Source: Candidatus Eiseniibacteriota bacterium (lineage in GTDB: Bacteria; Eisenbacteria; RBG-16-71-46; CAVPCR01). Taken from it: 64,000 nt of DNA. Position numbers and translations under genes: made by a program. Position 1 is the first letter of the stretch; every line of letters begins with the position of its first letter. Shown piece after piece: positions 9,933-20,700 of this stretch. The stretch covers positions 64,001 through 128,000 of the forward strand of contig CAWGMA010000004.1 in NCBI GenBank assembly GCA_963823555.1, given 5' to 3'. The notes beneath the pieces are model-generated. The model saw nothing but the letters and a program-made list of their open reading frames with translations. It had not been told where the DNA came from and ran no database searches.

Positions 9933-12387
9933 ATGATCTCCAAAGCGACGAACGACGAGCCACGCATCGGGGTCTTCGTCTGCGACTGTGGCCTCAACAT
10001 CGCAGGCGCGGTGGACTGCGCGGCGGTCAGCGAGTACGCGAAGGATCTTCCCGACGTGACTTGCGTGGTCCGCAACAAGTACACCTGCGCCGACCCGGGG
10101 CAGAACGAGATCAAGGCGGCGATCCGCGAGCACCGGCTCAACCGGGTGGTGGTCGCCTCCTGCACGCCCCGGCAGCACGAGCCGACTTTCAGGCAGTGCG
10201 TGTACGAGGCCGGCCTCAACCCCTACCTCCTCGAGATGGCGAACCTACGGGAGCACTGCTCCTGGGTCCATGCCGGGGATCGGGAGGGGGCGACGCGCAA
10301 GGCGATGGACCTGGTGGCGAGCGCCGTGGCGCGCGCCCGCTTCCTCGAGCCGCAGGAGGAGATGACGGTTCCGGTCACCGAGACCGTGCTGGTCATCGGC
10401 GGCGGCGTGGCCGGGATCGAGGCGGCGCTCGAGCTGGCCGAGGCCGGGCACCGGGCGATTCTGGTGGAAAAGCAGCCGTCCATCGGTGGGATCATGGCTC
10501 AGCTCGACAAGACCTATCCCACGATGGACTGCTCTATATGAATCCTCGGGCCTAAGGCCATCGATGCCGGTCGGCATCGGAACATCGAGCTCCTCACCTA
10601 CAGCGAAGTCGAAGAGGTCTCCGGCTACATCGGGAACTTCTCGGTCAAGATCCGCAAGAAGGCGCGCTATGTGGACACCGCGCTCTGCAACGCCTGCGGC
10701 GAGTGCGCCAAGGTGTGTCCGGTGGCGAAGCCGGACGAATATCAGACCGGTCTCTCCTCGCGCCGGGCGATCTACATTCCCTTCCCGCAGGCTGTGCCGT
10801 GCTCGTACATCTTGAACATGGACGATTGCCTGGGCAACAACCCCATCGCCTGCGGCAAGTGCCTCGAGGTGTGCGACAAGAAGGCCATCAACTACGACGA
10901 TCGCGATGAGATCATCACCCGCGAGGTGGGGGCGGTCATCGTCGCAATCGGGCTCAGCGTCTACGATCCCACGGATCTCGACGAGTACGGGTACACGCGG
11001 TTCGACAATGTCATCACCTCGATGGAGTTCGAGCGCTTGATCTGTGCCGGTGGGCCGACCCTCGGCGAGTTCGTGCGTCCGAGTGACCAGGAGCGGCCGA
11101 AGCGAATCGGGTTCATCCAGTGCGTCGGATCGCGCAATCCGCGGATCGGACGTCCCTACTGCTCGAACATCTGTTGCATGAACACGATCAAGGACACGCT
11201 TCTCCTCGCGGACCACTATCCGGACACCTCGAGCTTCGTCTTCTATCAGGATATCCGCGCCTTCGGCAAGTCGTTCGAGGACATGTTCCAGCGGTCCAAG
11301 GAGGAGGGTACCCGCTACATTCGCGGCCTCCCCGGTGACATCGAGGAGGATCCTGGGACCAAGAACCTGATCATCACGGTCGAGAACACGACCTCGGGTC
11401 GCCTCGAGACGTCACGAGCTCGACATGGTGGTGCTGTCCGTGGGGGTCGGTCCGCCGGACGATCTGGCCAAGATCTCGCGCCTCTTGACGCTGTCCAAGA
11501 CCTCCGACGGTTTCCTCATGGAATCGCATCCCAAGCTGAAGCCGGTGGACGCGCCGACTCGCGGGGTGTACTTCGCAGGGTTCTGCGAGGCGCCGAAGGA
11601 CATCAAGGACTCGGTCTGCCAGGCGGGGGCGGCTGCCTCCCGGGCGGGCGCGCTGCTCAATCAGCGCCAGATCAAGATCGAGGCGATCACGAGCCGCGTG
11701 GTGGAGAACGCCTGCATGAAGTGCGGGCTCTGCGCCCAGGTCTGTCCCTACGGTGCCATTCAATGGCACAAGGGCGAGGTGGCGCATGTGATCGAGGCGG
11801 CCTGCGCCGGATGCGGAGCCTGTGGCGCGACGTGCAGCTACGGAGCGATCACCATGCGCCACTTCCGGGACGAGCAGCTCCTGGCGCAGGTGCATGCCGT
11901 CCTCGCCGACCGTCCCGAGGACAAGGTGTTCGCCTTCGCCTGCAATTGGTGCTCCTACGCCGGGGGCGACATGGCGGGAATCTCGCGCTTCCAGTATCCG
12001 ACCACCAACCGGGTCGTCCGCACCATGTGCTCGGCGCGCGTGTCGGAGGAGATGGTGCTCGAGGCCTTCCGCCACGGAGCGCCCGTGGTGCTGGTGTCGG
12101 GGTGTCATTACGCCGACTGCCACTACATCAACGCCAATCGCCAGACCGTGAAGCGCGTGCAGCGGCTATGGGATCAGCTGGAGAAGGCGGGCGTACGTCC
12201 GGAACGGCTGCAGCTCGAGTGGATCAGCGCGGCCGAGGGCCAGAAGTTCGCCCGCGTGATGCGCGATCTCGAGGAGTTGCGGAAGACCGTGACCGCCGAG
12301 GAGATCGCCCATGCCCGGGAGGCGCTCCGGCCCAAACCGAAGAAGGGTGCCGCCAAGAAGGTGGAGGTCGAGGCGGCTGCCACGTAG
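9933..12387 (+). CDS. hdrA: HdrA-MvhD fusion; predicted selenoprotein (TGA 10539-10541 = Sec203); apparent frameshift near 11410
   Basis: [11 protein letters not shown]-terminal domain, [26 protein letters not shown] in frame with the 10671 ORF; continues in the 11425-12387 frame ([10 protein letters not shown], ferredoxin, [12 protein letters not shown]vhD domain). Confidence 0.88.
10562..10579 (+). promoter_or_regulatory. Bacterial SECIS hairpin (hdrA2)
   Basis: CGATGCC-GGTC-GGCATCG at the same 20-nt spacing from TGA; outer pair is C-G versus G-C in hdrA1. Confidence 0.85.
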
Positions 12388-12390
12388 ACG

Positions 12391-12603
12391 TTGTTGACTG
12401 GCCTCGGCCGAGGGCGGAGCGCAGGGGAGAACCGGACGAGAACGACGGCCACGCTGGTGACGATGCGCTGCATGATGTGCGGGCACGAGTACGAGGAGCT
12501 GGTGGAGGAGGGGGAGGACAAGGAGCGCTCGTGCCCGAAGTGCCGCTCGAACTCGATTCGTCTCTTGAAGAAGAGACGGCCGGGGAGCGGGGAGTCACAC
12601 TGA
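12391..12603 (+). CDS. Small Zn-ribbon (FmdB-like) protein; start uncertain (ATG at 12464 possible)
   Basis: RCMMCGHEYEEL...SCPKCRS; stop overlaps the next ATG. Confidence 0.65.
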   Translation: MLTGLGRGRSAGENRTRTTATLVTMRCMMCGHEYEELVEEGEDKERSCPKCRSNSIRLLKKRRPGSGESH

Positions 12604-14044
12604 TGATCCGGACCCCAAGCAAGGAGGACGAGGTCGTCCGCGTCGACTTCGAATTCCGGCGCGAGCTCGCGCGGAAGGTCGAGGGCAACCTGGCGGCTAC
12701 TGCTACCAGTGCGGCGCCTGCGTCGGCGATTGTCCTGCCGCGCGGTACCTGGGCGCGTTCAATCCGCGGGAGATCATGCTCAAGGTGCTCTACGGCCTGG
12801 GGGAGGAGCTCCTCGAGCCCGATTCGCTGCTCTGGGCCTGTGCCAATTGCTACAACTGCCACGAGCGCTGCCCGCAACAGGTGAAGCCGGTCGAGGTGAT
12901 CATCTCGCTCAAGAACATGCTGGCCGACCGCGGGCTGGCTCCCGACCCGGTCGAGAAGATCATCCGCACCTTCGAGACCACGGGCCGCACCACGCCGATG
13001 AGCGCGGCCGTGGATCGCCAGCGGGCCGACTTCGGGCTCGAACCTCTCAAGCCGGTGCCGGTCGAGGAGATCCAGCGGTTGCTCGTCGCCGAGGACCAGG
13101 CGGCGGCCCGGTCCCCCGGTGCGACCCATGCCACACCGACGCCGCAGCCCGAGCGGGACCCGGCGCTTCGCCTTCTTTCCCGGCTGTCTGATCCCGGCCC
13201 GCCATCCAGGGATGGAGGTGGCCATCCGGGAGTCGCTCTGGCCCGGCTCGGGATCGAGATCGTCGATCTCGAGGGCACGTCGTGCTGTCCGGATCCGATC
13301 TACTTCAAGTCGAAGGACAAGATGAGCTGGCTGGCCGTGGCCGCGCGCAACCTTTGCCTGGCCGAGGACCTCGGGGTCGACATCTTCACCAACTGCTCGG
13401 GATGCACGGCGACGCTGTCCGAGTGTTGCCATCTCCTCGAGGACGAGACGTTACGCACGAAGGTCAACCAGCGCCTGGCCCGCATCGGCCGCGAGTACCT
13501 GGGGACCGGACGCGTCCGGCACGTCGTGACGCTGCTCCGGGATGTGGTGGGCTACGAGGCCATACGAGCATCCGTCGTGCGCCCGCTCACCGGACTCAGG
13601 GTCGCCATCCACTACGGATGCCATCTGCTCAAGCCGAGCCGGATCATGCAGGTGGATGATCCCGATGATCCCACGGTTCTCGAGAACCTGGTCACGGCGC
13701 TGGGGGCGACCCCGGTGCGGCATCGCAACTGGTATCTCTGTTGCGGCAAGGCTTGCCAGGCCGAGGAGATTCCGAAGAACATGATGCACGACCTTCTCGG
13801 CGCCGTGAGCGACGAGGAGGCGGATCTCCTCTGCCTCATCTGCCCGACCTGCTTCGGCCAGTTCGACCATGGACAGGTGCGGGTGGCGCAGGAGTTCGGC
13901 GCCGATTTCCACACGCCCCCCATCTACTACTTCCAGCTGCTCGCCCTGGCCCAGGGCCTGCCCTACGAGCGGCTGGGGTTCGAGCGCCAGCGGCTGAAGC
14001 CGGAAGCCATCAAGCGTTTCGCCGCGGACGTCAGCGCGGGATAG
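12603..14044 (+). CDS. hdrCB: HdrC-HdrB fusion with apparent frameshifts near 12695, 13160 and 13238
   Basis: YCYQCGACVGDCP and CANCYNCHERCP (HdrC); FAFFPGCLIP in an alternate frame, then SCCPDP, NCSGC, HYGCH, LCCG, ICPTC..QFD (HdrB); no stop or new start seen between the parts. Confidence 0.8.
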
Positions 14045-17027
14045 GCGTCCCGATGAGCTCCTCGACGAGCTGAGCGGCCTCCTGGAGTCGCCGCTGCACG
14101 TCGGCGAAGAGGTAGCTCCCTGCTCCTGGCCCGTAGCGGTCCTCGTAGCCCAGGATGCGGGCGGGAGCGGTGAGCTGGGACTCCTCGATCTCGTCGCTTG
14201 CGGTCACCGCGACCCGATAGGCGGAGCGCACGGTGATCAGGAAGTCATAGGCCATCCGCAGGCGTTCGTAGAGATCGGTGCGCGGCGGATCGGCGCGCAA
14301 GAGGGCGTCGAAGATCTCACCGCTGGTGGCATCCCAGATCCCGAGCCGGGCCTCGGCGATGGCAAGGCAGAGATCGATGTCCCGGAACCCACCGGGGTGC
14401 TCCTTCAGATGAATCGTCGCGGGCGGCATGGGGCGGAAGAAGCGCCGCCGCTCCAGGATCTCGCGCACCACGCGGGTCGTGAAGGCCTCCGCCTTGTCGA
14501 AGATCTGCGGAGCCAGCACGCGCTGCCGGATCTCCGCCTCGAGCCGCCGGGAACCGACGATGATGCGTGAGCCGAGGAGCTGGCAGCGGTCGACGAACAG
14601 CTCATCATGGTCCTCGCCGAGCAGAGCCGCCAGGTCGTCCATGGCGACGGCGAAGCGCCCGGCCCACTCCCCGAGTCGATACTGAGCGATCACGCCGCGG
14701 CGCGCGATCTGCCGGTTCATCAGCCACGACCACGCGCTCGGCGAACAGCCGCGTCGCCGGGGGTTGGCGAGTCGACGACCACGAGCAGGTCGTAGTCCTC
14801 GTCGTAGGGGCGGCCGCGGGCGTTGCCTCCCGAGAGGAGGATCCCGATGCGGTCGCGCTCCAGGGTCCAGCCATCCGGGTCGCCGCTCGACCTCGCGGAA
14901 GCAGAAGTCGAAGAGCCGGCCCAGGTAGGTGCGCGTGAGCTCGGCGAAGGCGACGCGCGTCAGGCGGTCCGACTGGCCGCGGAGTGTGCCCATCGCGATG
15001 CGCAGGAACTCGATGTCGTAGTAGTCGCCGAGCAGCCCCTTCTGCGTGTCGGGGCTTGGATGCCGCTCGCTCGCGGCGAGCCGGCCCAGGGCGAGCGTAC
15101 GCAGGTGGGGTCGTCCGAGATGGCCTGAACCGTGGCCGGATGACGCTCGGTGACGCGGGCGAGCACGCGGCTGATGTAGTGGCTGCTCTCGCGGTGCAGC
15201 GGCGATCGAGCGCGAGAAAGCGGTCGCGGGCCGCCGCGACCTCGGGATTGCCGATCGGGACGTCGATGGCGCCCTCGAGCTGCGCGAGCCGGTCGCGGGT
15301 CGAGGCGAGAAGAGGAAACGATTGGTGAGCGCCGGATAGATAGCGGAAGACGCGTGACAGCGCCCGCACCGCCTCCGGGAAGTCCGCGAGCTGCGGACAG
15401 ATACGCATCGGCGATCTCGGCGGCAGGATCGACGCCTCGCGCCGCTCGCCGGCGCTTGGCAGCGACAGCGAGAGCAGGATGGTCAGAAAGGTGTAGGGAG
15501 CATCGCGGCCCCATTCGGCGTAGAGCTGGGCCAGCTCTGGCGCGCTCCGGGCGGCAAGCGAGCGTAGCTCTTGACGAAGGCCTCGAGCAGGCGCGCCACC
15601 CGGGGGCCGAGAACGCGGCGAGGAGATCGTCGTAGAAGCGGACCCCGCGAAACGCCCGGGTCGCCGGCGGCCAGGATCCTCGGCCAGCTTCGGTCGCCAG
15701 GTCCTCCGGTGGCGTGCCGCGCGCCACAGCGGAGAAGCGGCTGATCTGGGTCAGGTGCCGGGCCACGCTCGTCCATGAGCGGCCCGGCGGCCGGCGTGGG
15801 CCTCCTCGACCGCCTCGTGGTAGTGGACGAGCAGGTGCTCGACGGCGTGAACCGGACCCCAGTCCCGATAGCCGAGCACGGCCGCGACATCGAGCCAGGT
15901 TCTCGCGCGCGCTCTCCCCCTCGACGCCGATCTCTTCCTCCTGCGTGACCAGCAGCTGGGCCACCTGGCGGAAGGTCTCCAGGAACGATCCGGCTGGTTT
16001 CCGAGCTGGCGAAGTGGGGCTCGAGCACCGGAGTGCACGCATCAGCTTGAGATCAGCGAGGAGGCCTGCGCGTCGCGTCCCCCGCAGGCAGTAGATGGTC
16101 TTGAAGGCGGCGGCCAGGCCGAGAATGAGGCGCAGCGCATCGTCCTTGGGGTTCAGCCGGTCCGGTGCGGGCGGGAGGATCAGAAGCCCGCGCGTCTCAC
16201 CGAGGAGTCCCCTGAGGTAGATCTCGTGGCGATAGTTGTCGCCACCGGGCGGAAGCAGTACTCGGCTGTCACTTCCGCCGCAACCGCTCGCAGCACCTCA
16301 GGATCCCCAGCCACCAGCTCGGCGCCGCAGGAGCTCGGTCACGACGACGATAGCCGAGCCGTCCCGCTCCGCAGAGCCTGATTCAGCTCCTCGATGCTCA
16401 TGGAGAAGCCCGTCGGTATCGGCCTCGGTGGCGACGTAGTTGTCGAGCGGGCTGGCGTACCGCAGGCACTGGCCGGCGAGCCGGGCGAAGGCCTGGTCGA
16501 GCTGCCGCCGGTCCCGGCAGCCGCCGTCGATGAAGGCGACGTCGATGTCGTCCTGGTGGCCGCGGGTGCCCACGGAGAGGATGGCGAAGGGGCCGGTCCC
16601 GGGGGGCAGGACCACGCGCAGGACCTGCTCGATGTACGTGGAGACGAGAAGCGCGAACTCCTCCTCGATCCGCTCCAGGAAGGCCGCGTAGGAGACCAGG
16701 CGGTCGCCGCTCCTCGCCGCGAGGTCCACGGCCAGCTCGCTCCAGGGCCCGGGCGTTCTGATGCAGGAACTGGATCGACGTAGAACGTGCCGAGGAGGAC
16801 CAGCTTTTCTTCCGGACCCCGGCCGGCGGCGGCGACGCGCTCGAAGTCCTCGGCGGGAGCGGCGGAGGTGCGGTCGAGGGTGGACGTGGGAGAGAGCTTC
16901 CGCCGCCTCGAGGCGGCTGAGCAGGAGTTCCCCGTGCTGCTCCACCGCTCGCAGGTACTTGCGGGCGGGATTGCCGAACAGCTGGCACCCGGGTGATGAG
17001 GCGCTCGTAGGCCGGGTGCATGGTCAT
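14031..17027 (-). CDS. Divergent GlnE-like protein with two nucleotidyltransferase modules (multiple apparent frameshifts)
   Basis: Pieced across frames: FAILSVGTRGHQDDIDVAFID...LNPKDDALR; ILLSGGNARGRPYDEDYDLLVV...HLKEHPGGFRDID...AYDFL; ~3 kb span similar to GlnE. Confidence 0.6.
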
Positions 17028-17047
17028 CGGCGGGGGCCTCGAATCGG

Positions 17048-17610
17048 TCACCCGGCCGGCTGGTCCGCGTACTCACCGGCCAGCTCGAGCCCGAGCCGGT
17101 AGGCCTTGCGGTTGAGTTCCTCGGTCCCGCGCGGGACGCGGGCCAGGATCGCCTGCTCGGCGGCCTCTTCGGTCACCGCCTTCGACAGTCGCACGATCAC
17201 GCCCAGGGCGATGATGTTGGCGACGATCGGTTTGGCGAATTTCTCGCCGGCGAGGCCGAGCGAAGGGGAGCGCCGACCACGCGATGATCGCCGTCCGGGA
17301 GGCGAGTCACCGCCCCCGAGTCGACGACGAGCCAGCCACGGGGCCTCAGATCCTTGAGATAGCGATCGAGTGCTTCCTGGGTGAGCGCGAGCAGGAGGTC
17401 GACGTTCTCCGCCTTGGGATAGTCGATTTCCTCCTCGGAGACGATCACGTCGGAGCGACTGGCGCCCCCGCGCGCTTCCGGACCGTAGGATTGGCTCTGG
17501 GTGGCATTGCGGTCGTCGTAGATGGCGGCCGCCTCGGCGAGGATCTTGCCGGCGAGAACGAGGCCTTGTCCGCCCTCACCACTCAAACGAAGCTCGAACC
17601 GAAAGGGCAT
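17048..17610 (-). CDS. korC: Second (orphan) 2-oxoacid:ferredoxin oxidoreductase gamma subunit; frameshift near 17260
   Basis: GEGGQGLVLAG, QSQSYGPEARGGASRSDV; C-terminal IVANIIALG...NRKAYRLG in another frame, ending at TGA 17050-17048. Confidence 0.85.
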
Positions 17611-17689
17611 AGCGTATCCTCAACGCACCGGGATATGGGAGACGAAGCATCTCACCATTATCTCCGCGGTGCAAGCGCTTGCTGCCTCC

Positions 17690-17729
17690 AAATGAAAGGG
17701 CGGCCATCCCGCGAAGGGACGGCCGCCCC
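17690..17729 (-). terminator. Intrinsic terminator of the metallopeptidase gene
   Basis: GGGCGGCC..CCC-gcgaa-GGG..GGCCGCCC stem followed by TTTCATTT on the minus strand. Confidence 0.75.
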
Positions 17730-17748
17730 TGGGAGTGGTGCGCTCAGC

Positions 17749-20700
17749 CTATCGCATGAGGACGGCGCTCCGTGTTGCGCTGAACGAGCCGGCATTCACG
17801 CGGTAGTAGTAGACGCCGGAGGCAAGGTCCTTGCCCAGAGCGTCCCTACCATCCCAGCTCGCCGTGTGCACACCGGCCTCCTGCCGCGCCCCGTCGACGA
17901 GAACACGCACCAGTCGGCCCGACGTGTCGTAGATCGCAAGGCGCACGGTCTCGGCCGTCGGCAGCTCGTAGCGAATGGTGGTCATGGGATTGAACGGATT
18001 CGGCCGGTTGGCGTGCAGCTGGAAGCGCTGCGGCGAGGCCGCCTGATCTTCCACCGCGGAGCCGGCGTTCACCACGAGCGTCACCGGAATGGTGAGCGAG
18101 CCCTGATCGGGGTCGTTGCTCGTGAGAATGAGATCGCAGTTGTACGTCCCCGGCGTGAGCCCGGTGGCGTCCGCGGTGATGTCGATCACCTGGCTCGACT
18201 GCGGCGGCACGGTGCCGCTCGTCGGGTTCTCGCTGAGCCACGGGCACTCGCCGAGGCGGGTGAAGAGCAGCGCCAGGTTGTTCTGGACGTAGGGTCCGTT
18301 GAAGACGACCTGGAGACCGACCGTGCCCGCTGGGTTCTCGATGCCGATCGTGGCCTCGGTGAGCGGTCCGGACATGGTCAGGTACTGGCAGAGGATGTCG
18401 CCGTCCGGCGTGAGAATCATCTGGAACGTGTACGGTGCGCTCCCGCCGAAGTGCTGGATGTTGGTGAACTGGACGATGAACCGATTGCCGACGGCATCGT
18501 GGTAACGATGGATGGTGCCGCCGAGCGCAGGGTTGAGATCGTCCCAGAACCCGGCGATCAGGTCGTTCGGGGCCCCGGAGTTCGGGATCCCGGAGTTGGT
18601 GTAGACGCCGCCGCTCGTCCCGAACGTCATGTAGCCGTTCGCGCTCAGCAGCACCGAGGTCTTGTTCTGCCCGTAGAACGGGAAGGTGAAGGGGAGCGGG
18701 ATCGAGATCGACCCGTCATCCGTCAGGGTGATCGCCGTGCCGACCCCCGTGATGTCCTGCCAGTCGAAGACGGGACCACCCGGATCGTTCGAATCGATCC
18801 ACACGTACCCGAAGGCGTCGGGGCCGCCGAAGTCGCTGGCGGTCGGCGGGCCGAGACGCGGATCGGCCTCGCCCTTGGCCAGGTCGAGATCCGGGTAGGA
18901 GGTCCCACCCTGGGCCGCGACGACGACCGAGTTCCCGTTCGTGAACGGCAGGGGCTCGATGTCGGTGATGCTCCAGGTCAGGTCAGCCCCGAACAAGGGA
19001 TCGGTCTGGTTCTCGATCGTGAGCTGCTGGGTCGATGTGCCGTTGGGCGGCAGGCTGAAGTTGAAGACGAGGGGCGCCGCCACGATATTGGCCGGGGTGC
19101 CGACCGAGTAGCCGGTCTGCTGGAAGTTCGAGACCATGGCGCTCAGCTCGCTCTGCGAGTAGTTGAGCGCGATGGCCGCCTGCAGCATGGCGTTGGCGGC
19201 GTCGTTCTGGCTCGAGGAGGAATTGGTCATGCCGAGACCGGCGAGGCAGGCCTTGTCGGTCTTCTCGCGGCCGATGGCATCCCAGATCCGCATGAGGCAG
19301 GTCGACCAGATCTGGCCATCGGTGTGGATCTGGCCCACGAGCCCGCCGGGATAGGTCGCCCCGTAGTTGGTGACGCGACCCGCCCAGAACGGATTGTGGC
19401 CGTCCCAGCTGAACACGTAATGGTAGGCCGGCTGGTTGGGCAGCCACTGGCCGAGGCTCCGGCTGTAGGATGCGGCGATGTAGTCGCCGAAGCCCTCGCT
19501 GAGCCCGTTCACCTGTGACAGGCTGCCGTTGGTCACCCAGTCGTGGAGGCCGTGGCCCAGTTCGTGGATCACGACATCGGCATCCTCGGAGTCGTCGACG
19601 CCGCCCTCGCCGAAGGCGACGCGACCCGTGCTACCGATGTAGTGCGAGTTGTCGGCCCCGCTCAGACCATGGGGGTCGAACTGCACGCCGCCCGGATACT
19701 GGAAGGGGTGGATGTTGAGGCCGAGGGTGATGTTCACCCAGCGCATGATGTTGTCGATGTGCCAGTAGACGAGCGCCGCCTCGAAGGCGTTGTCGAAGCG
19801 GTTGTAGTTCCAGGTCGGACTGGCCTCCGAGAAGAGCCCGTAGAAGGGCGACTCGAAGTCGATGATCTCCGCCCACGGTCCCTTGAGGGTGTAGGTGCCG
19901 GCGTTGAGCGTGATGTCACGGAGAACGGCGTTGACGAGCTCCGCCTGAAGCTGTGGCGTGTTCGCGTCGTTGCCATCGACGTAACCGGGATCGCCGTAGG
20001 TGGCGCCGGCCGAGGACAGCGGATCGGGATCGAAGATGTTGCCGGCGCCGTCTACGTAGTGGGCGTTGTCGACCGCCTTCAGGATCTCGCCGGTCGACGC
20101 ATCGGCGATGATCTCCCAGTCGCCGACGGGAGAAGTGCTCGGGACGAGGGCCACCCGGTAAGCCAGCCGCCACTCGCCAGCCGTCGGATAGAGAACGAGC
20201 CTGGTCTCCTCGTGGTCGACCGCGCCGCTCACCTGGAGGTGGTTCCGGGCGCGGGTCCGCGCCTCCTCGGCGCTCAGTGCCGGCGCGCCCATCGTGGCCG
20301 GCACCCCGGGCTTGTAACCGTTGGCGACGAAGATCACGCGGTTCTGATGGTCGATCGTGATCGCGATCTCGCCCTTGTAGACCGGCACGCCGCTGACCTC
20401 TTGGTCGAAGCGAACGGTGTGGCCCAGCGGGCTCGCCCAGGTGTGACGGTGAGCGAGATCGGAGAGATCCTCGTGCCGGAGATGGAGCAGCTCGCGATGG
20501 TCGCTGAGGTACTGGCGGGCCATGGTCTCCGGGTCGGCCGGCGCGAGCTCCACGCTGGGTCCGTAGATGGCGAGCGGCACGCCGGTCAGCCTGCTGATTC
20601 GCATACCGTCCCTCTCGAACGAGGGCTCCTCACTCTCCTCGGCACCGATCGTGGTGACCGCTGCCGGCGTGGGCGGGGTCTTGGCCGAAGCGATCGGAGC

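Noticed and set aside
11400..11425. Programmed ribosomal frameshift in hdrA2
   Set aside because: No slippery heptamer; many similar indels nearby point to sequence error
12385..12393. TAG of hdrA2-mvhD is in frame with the downstream Zn-ribbon ORF (possible pyrrolysine or readthrough)
   Set aside because: MvhD is complete before a low-complexity tail, there is no conserved residue context and no pyl genes; in-frame adjacency has a 1-in-3 chance
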